A stretch of DNA of 64,000 nt from Orbicella franksi (lineage: Eukaryota). Numbering within the stretch: position 1 is the first letter of the stretch; each line of letters starts with the position of its first letter. A program made the translations under genes and the position numbers. The stretch spans positions 22,320,001-22,384,000 of the forward strand of contig OZ116700.1 of assembly GCA_964199315.1 (NCBI GenBank). Reading direction: 5' to 3'. Below, one piece after another: positions 13,276-23,649 of this stretch. A model generated the notes under the pieces. It ran no database searches and was not told the origin of the DNA. It was given only the letters and a program-made list of their open reading frames with translations.

Positions 13276-13498
13276 CAATTTCTTGCTGTCTCCATAAAAT
13301 TTTTGATCAAGAAAGACTTTTGAAAGAGGTATTCCAAACTTGTGCGAAGTTGTCATTAAACAGAGCTGGTGCTGGTCCGAGTCACTCCAGTAGTTAAACA
13401 CTTGTAGATAATAAGATTTAAATATTTCGATAAAATCACTGCTGAGCTGTAGGAACTTTGATTTGACGACTCTCCACATCAGATAATTAGCAACAGTT
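13276..13498 (-). CDS. M13 peptidase exon 8
   Basis: gtctag|A ACT; (R)TVANYLMWRVVK...LCLMTT...FYGDSKKL; donor TTG|GTAAGA; 223 nt. Confidence 0.92.
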
Positions 13499-14393
13499 CT
13501 AGACAAAACAAAACATTTACAAATAAGTTCAGTATTTGTAGGCTTTTCCTGAGTATCGTATTATCACAGACAATGTTAACACTACGTAGCGTCTCATTCC
13601 TCATTAGATACTCCACCGCTGAGAAAAAGTGCTCGCTTGTGAAATCGGGCCAGCGGTGAACACTGTTCCATGAGCTTGTTCAGTAGTTTTTCTCCCTATG
13701 GACGAATATTTTTTACGCCTTTACGACTTATTATTAACACTTTCAAAGCTGTTTTGAGTTTACCTGATGGCATCACCATGTTTGAATGATGCATGTATTT
13801 ACTTACGTAGGTAAGTATGTAAGTACAGTAGGTAGTTATCTTTTTATGTATCAAGAGCGTACATGACGGAAAAACGATCTTTGTAACGTTTATTTATCAA
13901 TTATTCCACGAGCGCGCGTTGGATATGAGTTGGCTATAATCCTCTGATTTTCAACAAGCGCGAGTGGAATAATTGTTTTGTTAAAAACGCTCCAAAATAT
14001 AGAAAACTAAACTAAAATTAAAAACGCCCCCCAAAAATGACGAGAACGCTTAGTATATTTGTAGTGCATGGTATAATGGCTCATAACCCATGATGGCTAA
14101 GCCAATGAAAATTCCCGAATTGCATTATCCAATGAGGCAGTTTTTAATAATGCCGAACCGAATATGCTCTCGAGGCAAGACCAGGTTGTTTCTTAGAAAC
14201 AGAATCCAATAATCTCCAACTCTCTTCTCGGTATTTTGAAATGAGGTCAAACACGGTCTCTCTTTTGCAACATTGGTTAATCAAACAATTATTAAATTCG
14301 GGTTTTTTCTGATATTCCGAATAATCAAGGTCTTGGAAAGTATTATGAACCTCAACCTTTGGCCTGAGTTGGTAACACTTACCTCCTTTCTAA

Positions 14394-17367
14394 TGTAACG
14401 ATATTCACTCCCGGTTTTAGTCTACGTCATTGTGGTGTCATGGTGATCTTTTGGAGACCATGCTTTCCGCTTTTGTAAGTCGCGGTAGAGAATATAGACA
14501 ACAGTTCTATTCTACACTGTGGTGGTTGTGGTGAAGAGCAATGATAAAATACGTCTGTGCATAGACCTAAAGCCTCTGAACCAGGCCCTCAAACGCAACC
14601 ATTATCAACTCCCTGTAATTGATGATATTTTACCAGAATTATCAAAGGCAAAGGTCTTTAGTCTAGTAGGTGTCAAGAATGGATTCTGGCATGTCCAGTT
14701 GGACACTGATAGCAGCTTCCTCACAACCTTTGGTACCCCACGAGGTTGCTGCCGTTGGACCAGAATGCTATTTGGTATTTCACCTGCACTCAAAGAGTTC
14801 CAGCGGCGCCTTGACACTGCCTTAGGAGGACTTCATGGAGTTGTACCTATCCTATTGATGACATCTTGATTTATGGAGTTGGAGAAAGGAAAGTAGAAGC
14901 CATCGAAAACCATGACTAGCGGCTCCTAGCCCTGTTAAAGCGTTACGGAAACAAAGGGATCAAGATAAATAAAGAGAAGTGCAAGTTCCGCCTTTCCGAA
15001 GATTCCTTCATGGGACATGTCATATCTGCAGCAGGCTTGAAGCCTGATCCAGCTAAGATCCAAGGGGTTCAGAAGATGCCCACCGCAAAAAGTAAGCAAG
15101 ATATGAAGAGGCTCCTCGGCAAGGTAAATTATTTAATCTTTCTGAAGCTATTGTCCCAATGAGGGAGCTCCTTAAAGAAGAGAACCTGTTCCCGCGGGAC
15201 GAAGAAGTTCAAGGTGGAAGTTTTGAGCGGATCAAGCAACTAATCTCAGAGTCTCCAGTTCTAAAGTACTTTGATCCCAAAGCAGACACTGAACTCCAAA
15301 TGCATCTGACAAAGGACTTGGTGCGCGCCTCACGTAAAGCGGTCAGCGAGTAGGGTATGCCTCAAGAGCTACGACATATGCAGAAACTAACTATGCACAG
15401 GTTGAAAAGAACTCCTCGCCATTGTATTTGGACTTGAACGGTTGGAACTGTATGTCCAAGGAAGATCCGTCAAGATTGAAACAGCCCTTCGAATCCATCT
15501 TCAAGAAAAGCTTAACAACTGCCCCAAAGTGTCTACAACGCAAGATGCTACGACTCCAGAAGTATGAACTTAGAGTTATTCACAAGAAGGGATCCGAGAT
15601 GTACTTCGCAGATACACTCAGTAGAGTATTTGGCCAATCATCTGTCTGTGTAGACAGTAGAGGAGACGCTGAGAAAGATGCAGAGAGTATCAACATTGTC
15701 CAGTACCTACCAATGTCTTAGACGACACAGAATGTTATTAGCACAGCTACTGAGTCACACCCGGTCATAAGAGAAGGTTGCCAGAGAATAACGACCTCCT
15801 TCCTGCAAGAATCAAAGATTACTTCCCCTTTCGAGAAGACGTGAAACTCCAGAATGGATTGGTTGTCAAAGGCGAACGGTTGGTTTGTACCTGAATGTGT
15901 GAGAGAAGAAATGAAGGCCAAGATCCACAAAAGCCACATAGGCATCCAAGGCTGCTTACGTAGAGCAGGAGAGAAGTTGTATTGCACGAACAGAGACATC
16001 GAGAACTGCATCGCCCAGTGCGACGCCTGCAGCAGTGAGCCCAAGGAACAAACTAAAGAACCAATGATCCGTACGAGATGCCAACCCGTCCTTGGGAAAA
16101 GATAGCGGTGGACTTGTTCCAGTCGAATGGCAAAGATTACATGGTTACTGTCGATTATTACTCAAGATTATTTGAAGTTGACAGTCTAACATCACAAACA
16201 GCTGAAGGAATCATTAGGAAGCTCAAAGCCTATCTAGCCTGGCGTGGCATACCAGATCAAGCTGTATCAGACAATGGAAAAAAACTTTGCATCTGATAGC
16301 TTCCATGAGTTCGCCAACACCTACAGTTTTGAACAAGTGACAAGCTGCCCCACATATGCCCAGTCACACGGGCAAGTAGAGAATGCCCACAAGACAGACA
16401 GAATCACTCCAGAAATGGCAGCCTAATCCAGGTGGGACCCGTGGCTGTCACTATTAGATTGGGGAAACACTTCAACAGAAGCCCTTAACTCCCCACCAGC
16501 TCAGCGGCTGTTCGGTAGAAGAAACAAAACTCTTCTTCCCCCTTCAACCTCCTTTTAGTCCCAAAGTTGAGAATAAAGAAGTCAAAACGGGCAATGTACT
16601 ACGACAGAGGTGCTAAGGAGCTGGAAGAGCTGTGCCATGGACACCCGAAATAGTCTCAGCTCCGTAAGAAGAAGGATTGGACACTTGCAAGAGATTGAAG
16701 GGAAAGTAGACATCGGATCTTACCAGGTCCGAACTGAAGACGGACGGGTATACACAAGAAACAGACGACAGCTTAGGCGCGTAAAACTATGCGTAAAACA
16801 ACGCGCGACAGCACGTTCGAGAAGGTGTTGCCCCCAAGACCCAAACCACCTAGTTCTCCAAATCCATCTGACAAGGTACCAGTGCCACCTGCCACTTCGA
16901 GCACTCGTGAGAGTCAAGAATTACACACTAGTGCAAAGGTTCCCATTAAAATAGCCAGTACCTTCTGCACAAGGCAAGTACAAGACTTCTCCACCCCCAC
17001 CGGCGGTACCAACACGAAGTGGACGAATTGTCAGACGCCCTGCACGCTTTGCGGACCAATTGTCATACGAGACATTATCAAGAGTAATTGGACATGACAA
17101 TATTGTCAAGAGTAATCGGACACGACAACATTATCAAGAGTAAACGGACACGAGAAGGCGTTTCTTTATTTTCTTTATTTTGATTTTCAATTGGATTGTG
17201 ATTGTCTTTTGTCGTTTATTTCTGTTATTGTAAGAAGGGGAGATGTAAAGATATTCACATCCGGTTTTAGTCTACGTCATCGAGGTTTTCATGGTAATCT
17301 TTCGGAGACCATGCTTTCCGCTTTTGTAAGTCGCGGTCGAGAATAAAAACAAGAGGTTTAGTCTACA
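14394..17367 (+). mobile_element. Degenerate Ty3/Gypsy element lacking gag/protease (LTRs 14394-14516 and 17244-17367)
   Basis: TGT...ACA LTR pair; PPT AAGAAGGGGAGA before the 3' LTR; RT (IRLCIDLKPLNQAL, NGFWHVQLD), RNase H, integrase (HKSHIG; PTRPWEKIAVDLF) with many frameshifts. Confidence 0.92.
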
Positions 17368-17583
17368 CTGGTTAAGTATCTTCTTGCTCTTCTTACGAAT
17401 AACTTTTGTTTTGACGTTACACCTACTTACTGTGAATATAATGAAAGATCTCATCCAATAAGTGTTTGATAAAATTCAAAATGCAATCTAGCTTGCCTAA
17501 TCACGGAGCGTACGAAATGTACACGAGTCGCCTCATCACGGGTGCTTTAATTGAAATGTTCACTTTTTCCTTTGACAACAAAC

Positions 17584-17717
17584 CTTTTAGGTGTTTTGCT
17601 TAGTAGTTTGACCAGCCTTCTCAGATATTCCAAAGAGTATACCACAACTTTTGTTTGACTGTTAACTTGAAATGAATTATTCTTCATCATAACCCCCACG
17701 TATCTTGTCCAGTTGAC
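17584..17717 (-). CDS. M13 peptidase exon 7
   Basis: ggtag|GTC; VNWTRYV...KVVVYSLEYLRRLVKLLSKTPK(R); donor AG|GTTTGT; 134 nt, phase 2. Confidence 0.88.
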
Positions 17718-17798
17718 CTACCGAGTTAACAAATATTCAGTTGGAAAATGAAAACAATACAAGAACACCATCCATATACAGAATGCAGAGATACTCAC

Positions 17799-17888
17799 AA
17801 AATTGCCTGTGTAATTCTGTAGCTCTGACAGCGCGAGCTTCTTGTAAGCCTGTTCAAACGTTGGCATTTTAAATCGTGGAGTGGATAT
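17799..17888 (-). CDS. M13 peptidase exon 6
   Basis: ttctag|ATA; ISTPRFKMPTFEQAYKKLALSELQNYTGNF; donor TTT|GTGAGT; 90 nt. Confidence 0.85.
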
Positions 17889-17961
17889 CTAGAAACAAGA
17901 CGAAACAAAGTGGGAAAAAGAGTTGAGTTTGAATAACCAAAATTATTCCTTTTACCCAAAC

Positions 17962-18290
17962 CAGCACTACTACTTGTCCTTCTCCACCTACTACTACTAC
18001 CACGACTACTATTACAAATTCTATTACCACTTCTCTTACCACTACCACTGCAACTACAGTTACTACAGTCTCGACCACCATTACCACTTCCACCAGCCCA
18101 ACCACCACGACCGTTACCACTACCACTACCACTACCACTGCCACTGATGCTGCCACTGCCACTGCCACTGCCCCTGCTATTACCACTGCCACTGCCACTG
18201 CCACTGCCACTGCCACTGCCCCCGCCATTACCACTGCCACTACCACTGCCACTGTCACTGTCACTGTCACTGTCATTGTCACTGCCACTG
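17962..18290. repeat. (ACT/ACC/GCCACT)n microsatellite in intron 5
   Basis: Low-complexity tri/hexanucleotide tract; generates spurious GS-, V- and HY-rich ORFs. Confidence 0.9.
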
Positions 18291-18588
18291 TACTCAAGTT
18301 CGTAATGGAATATGACATAAAAAGTCCCTCTCTTCTGACAAAATGCATATGGCATTCACTTGTCAATTTATACTAGAGAAATTTCAAAATATAGTTTTGA
18401 AAAAGGACGAACAGGAACAGCCAGCCAAATAAACTTGCTTGCAAATGACAGTGACAACATCCCATGACATTTATGCATTCATCTTTCCATTCGTTCGTTC
18501 GTTCTTTCGTTCATTCATTTATTCACTTTTCCAGAGCAATCCTGGCAAAATTTCAGGCACGTAATGGTATCTATAATACAAACAAGAC

Positions 18589-18702
18589 CTTTGCAAGTTC
18601 TTTCTCGAATTGAAATATTTCTAACAGTTGAACTTCTGAAGCTTCTGTTGCTCCAAGTTTTCGTGTTAAGTTTCTCATCAGACCTTTGTATGCTTCTCGG
18701 AC
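18589..18702 (-). CDS. M13 peptidase exon 5
   Basis: tttag|GTC; VREAYKGLMRNLTRKLGA...LLEIFQFEKELAK; donor AAG|GTCTTG; 114 nt. Confidence 0.88.
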
Positions 18703-19034
18703 CTAAAAAGGACAAAAACAGTGGGCAAAACGAGTTTCTACTCAGGACTGTAAATGATGTTATTCATAGATTATTTAAATAAATACTTTTTGATTAATTA
18801 AAGATGAAATAGACAGACAAAATGTGGGCAAGCTGTGAGGTTACATTTGGACAAGAAGACGCCCGCCTCTTGTTGGTAGGTTATAAACAAAAATTTACAC
18901 ATAATAATAAACTAATAACTGATTAGGTCAAAGTAAACCATTACATCTGACGGCGTGATTTGGCAATAGAGAACTAAATCCGGGTAGGAAATGGTACCCT
19001 CGCCTATACACTAATTAATAAAGCTCATGCCTAC

Positions 19035-19100
19035 CCGCAGACTCTCGGAGTCGTTTGTGAGGAGCTCCCTTCGCGACAGTGAGGTGTAAGATTCGCCAAA
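19035..19100 (-). CDS. M13 peptidase exon 4
   Basis: ctttag|TTT; FGESYTSLSRRELLTNDSESLR; donor CGG|GTAGGC; 66 nt; fills the gap between exons 3 and 5 in frame, although divergent from the usual IDQxxLGLPSRDYY. Confidence 0.72.
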
Positions 19101-19966
19101 CTAAAGCATAGGAAAAACAATACAATCTTAACGACTGGTCCTAAGGTAAAGAATTAATTTTGTTTACCGAGAGTATCAGTGCTTCCTGTGGCGGCGTAGT
19201 TAGAAGGGGAAACAAAATCAACTACATATTTATAAAACGCCCTGTTAGAAAGTGTACGTCGAAAGCCCTACTTCAGTGACTCGGCAGAAACTCAGAACTA
19301 GCAAGAGCTGTTGCCGTAATGATGACACTGGGAAAAAGAAGATTTTTAGCATCGACTTAAACCAGCGGGTTTCTTTCTTTTTCACGAAGTGTTTTCTAAA
19401 AGATTAAAAGAAAAACACGCGATTCCAGCCATTTAGACAAGTTTTGGAGACAGAGAAATTCAGTGGGAACACGAGCCGCAGGCCATTAGTAAATCTGATG
19501 TGAAGACAGTGCTCGTCGGTCAATGTGCGTGGGTAACAATGGAAACCCTCTGACGTCATGAACTAGACCTTCGATTGGGGGACAGTTTCATTGCTAGTTG
19601 TTACGTGACTTTGGAATTGAGACCAAAAAGTGTAACTTATTTTCCATGTCTACAGGTACGATGGACCCAGGTGAAAGAGCATCATTTCTAGCACCTTTCC
19701 TCGCTGTAACAATGTTGCATTGAAATTACAAAAAACGTGGCTGTTTGTATAGCATTGGTATAACGTACTGCAATCCTCAATGGGTTGATAGTACGGGCAA
19801 CAACACTTCCATCTTAAAGTGCAACTCATTTGCGAAACAACCTCGGGTAAGTAGAGTCGATTCGTCTAACTTTGAAGTCGGCTTTGGGTACAATTGTGGG
19901 TCCCTCTAGGCTATACATTTAAGGGTGCAACTAACTGAACGCGGGGTTTAAAGAAATCCATCTTAC

Positions 19967-20224
19967 CGTAATGGCATTCTGTGAACTGTTTTTGTTATCA
20001 ATCACAACTGTCATAGAAAACAGAATCGGTGAGACAAGATCTTTGTGGATCCTTGCGAGTTTGCTAACAAAGTCCCAGTCTTTTTCCTCCCAGTTTTTAT
20101 CCGTGATGCTCCATGATCCGTATTCCTTAATAAGCTTCTTAAGAGGCTCGCCTTTAAGTCTCTCGATCTCATCTACGTCCATACAAGAATCATAATAAGC
20201 CAAGGCCTTCCACACTGCTTCTTC
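19967..20224 (-). CDS. M13 peptidase exon 3
   Basis: tttag|GAA; EEAVWKALAYYDSCMDVDEIERLKGEPL...DNKNSSQNAIT; donor ACG|GTAAGA; 258 nt in frame. Confidence 0.93.
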
Positions 20225-20276
20225 CTAAACAGAAAGGGCGACAGAAGGAGCTGGCTTTATTTCTTGAGACTACTAT

Positions 20277-21697
20277 AGTAGTACAGGGCGCTCATAGGGA
20301 CGGTAACCAATCAGGAGCCGAGAAAGACAATAGGCTATTGTTTAGAGAACAATGAATGCCATTGTTTTCAAAATCCAAGATGGCGGAGGTTATTTTCAGC
20401 CAATCAGGAGCTTAATTAAGACCTGAGCAGCAGTGAAACCTGGAAACCAGGTCCCAGGTTTCCATAGGAAGGAGGATGAACACAGGAGTCTGTTTTGGGC
20501 GGGAAAATTGCCCACCAGACGCAAAGGCCTGGGACCAGTCTTACCATTTTCCCCTCAGAATTGTCCGATACGTCAATCGAGAATCAATCTATACATATGT
20601 AAATCAAATGTGAAACAATTGTATTTTCAAAAAAAATCCTAATTCTTTACAAGAGGGACCTGTGTCCACTCCCTTAGTGGGAGGACGCCCATAAACATTT
20701 TTTCACAATAAACGTAAATCATTAGTGTGTGCGTTGACGGTGCCTGACTTACGCAACATTACTTTGTATTTACTTGCATGTGTGAATTGGTGCTTCTTTG
20801 ATATTTTTACATATTTTTTTACGCAAATGCAACAAATGCTTATAACAGCTTAGAAACTCTGACGAGTAACGAATAATAAGCGAAGGCAGAAATATATAGG
20901 GTAAAAGGCGAGAAGAAGAAAATACAATTGAAATACTTCAAGTGGAAATGATTTGCTAATGGCAGTTTGCAATGAAATCTAAACTCCTTGACCTCGACTG
21001 TTCCGTTGAGAAAAGCATCATTCAAAAGAATCTTGAACAAAAAATAGGCATTTTGGGCGACCATTGAAGAATTAACATAATTAGTCAGAGATGGAACGTG
21101 CAATAAATCAAAAGCAAAAAGCACATGTTTAGAAACTGTATCTTAACCCTTGAGAATAACATGAGAGAAACTTCAAACTTTTCGCGCTTGAAGTAAAGAC
21201 CTAACTTCATTTACAAACACTATAAACTAATCGCTTCAAATAAAACAGACGCTCGAATAATAAGCAGTTTTCAAATAGCGACCAAAATCACTTACATCAA
21301 ACATAGTACTTTCCTCCGAAAGCGTCACACAACTCGCGATCACTCAACTCCATAACTGCCAAGACAGAAAGAAACTACAAAGAAGAGGTGTGCTGAATGT
21401 TGTCACAAGTAAAATGAACTCTCTCAAGACCGTTTGACTTATAAACGGGTATTCACAAAACAATATAATAGACAATGTGACGCGGTTAACAACCGATGAG
21501 AAGATGGGGGATAGGGGGTACGCGATATCACGTGGTTAAGAACCAAAGAGAAGATGGGAGATAGGGGGTATACACCACAGTAATGTGATTAAATTGTTAT
21601 AAACAATTGCAAAACAGAGTCTGAGTCTTTATAACGTTTCTTTATAACTCTTTAAGTCTTGACCGTCGTGTTGGGAACTACACTCGTTTCCAGTTTT
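20277..21697 (+). repeat. Left terminal inverted repeat of the Polinton
   Basis: Reverse complement of 33933-35421 apart from scattered substitutions and a few indels. Inner boundary approximate. Confidence 0.9.
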
Positions 21698-22107
21698 ACA
21701 GACTCTTGGTCCCAGGGCCCAAAACGCACAATTTTTCTCTGGTTTTGGCCATGAAGTCTTTGACTGATCCGTTCCTTATTCTTCGCAAGGTAACTTCTCC
21801 AATATTCGTTGATCCGTTCCCCGTTGTTTTTACAGTATTGTCTTCCGTAATTTCTGACGTGCTCCTTGTTCTGTTGACAATAAGCTCTCTGGCTGCTGGC
21901 GAGTCGTTCCTTGTTGTTTTCATACCATCTTTTACGACGATGTTTGAAAATCTTGACGTTCTCTGCACGATATCTTTTTTTCTGGGCCAGGATTCGCTCT
22001 CTGCTCTTTGCATAATATTTTTTATGGTAGGCCTTTTTACAGACAGCCCTCTGGTCATGCCCTAACAGTTGATTGGAGCAATTCATCTGGCATGTGTGGC
22101 GTCTCAC
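21652..22107 (-). CDS. Polinton small basic protein with repeated Y-x-x-N-K-E-R-I helical motifs (putative DNA-binding)
   Basis: 151-aa ORF: YYAKSRERI, WYENNKERL, YCQQNKEHV, YCKNNGERI, YLAKNKERI; lies downstream of the ATPase on the same strand. Confidence 0.55.
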   Translation of the reverse strand: MRRHTCQMNCSNQLLGHDQRAVCKKAYHKKYYAKSRERILAQKKRYRAENVKIFKHRRKRWYENNKERLASSQRAYCQQNKEHVRNYGRQYCKNNGERINEYWRSYLAKNKERISQRLHGQNQRKIVRFGPWDQESVKLETSVVPNTTVKT

Positions 22108-22159
22108 GAATAATGGCTAAAACCCTAGAATCACACACTCTTATAAGAGTCGCAGGGTT

Positions 22160-22714
22160 AATTTAGGTTTCAACCTCTTCTTCTACTTCCTCTTCGTCAT
22201 CATCGTCGGGGAGTAACCTCTTTTGTATTAGTCTGCTTAACAGGAATTCCGTTTTGCCACTGCCGACTCGGCCGCTTCGTCAAAATCCATGTCGTCTTCG
22301 TCAATAAAGCGTCGAAGAGTCTTCATGACTTTACGGTGTATTGCGTCGTGTTTTGATACGGTGAGTCCATTTTAGACGCTCTAAGTAAGTCCTTCGTAGC
22401 CTTCGTCTACTTACAGGTAATAGGGCATTGAAAGCAGCATTTTCGGCATAGTTTTGGGATTTTCCCTTATCCAGAAACTGCTGGACTTCTTTCGGGTAGG
22501 TTTCTTTGAGATCTTCCCCGACGTTTTGACTTAAGGGACTCCACAGAACTGGTTCATCGTCGTCCGCTTCTTCTTCCTCTTTGGAGATGCTACCATGCTC
22601 CTCTTCTTCCTGTTCCTCTTCAGGCTCGTTTTCTTCCACCTCCTCTTCCTCTTTTACGTTTTCATCATTGTTATCTTCCACGGGGCCAAAAATATCTGTT
22701 GAACGATCATCCAT
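22160..22714 (-). pseudogene. Polinton acidic-tract ORF (uncharacterised), frameshifted
   Basis: ORF 22331-22714 continues in shifted frames as DAIHRKVMKTLRRFIDEDDMDFDEAAESAVAKR...LPDDDDEEEVEEEVET*. Confidence 0.55.
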
Positions 22715-22802
22715 GATTCTCGTCGACCTTTAACCAAGACAGCGTGCTTCAAATGAGCCGAGTTGATTAAACTGATATTTAATATACCATTTTAGTCAAT
22801 TA

Positions 22803-23459
22803 TCAGTCATCCTCTCTCTTTCTTCGATGCCAGCGCGGGCATCCTTCGTGCGTCATCAGGTTACTAAACACGCGTTTCCTGTCGTCACTGGCGGGATGTA
22901 AATCCAGGACCGTGTACCCAATCGGTCGTTCGGTCACTTTTTGATACGCGTCCATCATGTCTTGCCAGCAAGTGGAAAAAGCTTGAAGCAGTAAATTCTT
23001 CATCCCTAATTGATAATTTGGATTTTTGAAGGCTACAATGAAGTGGGCGTTCCTGGAAATACTCTTAGCGTATTTCCCTGGTGGCAACATGTCTTGGCAT
23101 AAGTAGAACACGGTGATATTTTGATGATGAGAGTGTTTGGTGAATAAGTCTAGCAACGCTTTGTCCTCACCTCCCTCTGCCATCAGATCGTCTAATACGA
23201 GTAATCCACCCTTCGGAAACCATGACTTTAGATGGTCTGACTCTGGAATCCCTTCGTGAAATTGCACACCAGCGTCTTTCATGTCTCGAAATCCATCTTG
23301 CCACGCCCCGTAGCAATAATGAATCGTAGGGGGAAGGTTTACAAACAATTCTTCCAGGTGATCCAAGAGTAAAGATTCGGTAAAACAAGTCTTGCCACAA
23401 CCAGAAGGGCCCACGACCAAAATACTGGAGGGTGTTTTGAACCGAAACGCTTCTCCCAT
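22803..23459 (-). CDS. A32-like (FtsK/HerA superfamily) viral DNA-packaging ATPase
   Basis: Walker A GPSGCGKT, Walker B LLVLDD, HSHHQNITVFYLCQ and ISRNA motifs; frame stays open upstream to ~23612 (ARHVLSYCQRLFTRE...). Confidence 0.9.
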   Translation of the reverse strand: MGEAFRFKTPSSILVVGPSGCGKTCFTESLLLDHLEELFVNLPPTIHYCYGAWQDGFRDMKDAGVQFHEGIPESDHLKSWFPKGGLLVLDDLMAEGGEDKALLDLFTKHSHHQNITVFYLCQDMLPPGKYAKSISRNAHFIVAFKNPNYQLGMKNLLLQAFSTCWQDMMDAYQKVTERPIGYTVLDLHPASDDRKRVFSNLMTHEGCPRWHRRKREDD

Positions 23460-23649
23460 TTCTATTCCACTGGGGATCCCATGGTGCTTTCGGTAGAATA
23501 TGGGATCTTTGCGGAATCCTCTGGTGTTTTTTCTCTGACAACTACGTTTCTCTTGACGTGTTCTATTGTCTTCACGCGTAAAGAGTCTCTGACAATAACT
23601 AAGAACGTGTCTCGCTCACAGACTCCTTACATCAAATGAATTAAGGCAG

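Noticed and set aside
20840-21124. 94-aa ORF duplicated at 34551-34835 (and the 67-69-aa pair)
   Set aside because: They recur only because they lie in the TIRs; no recognisable motif.
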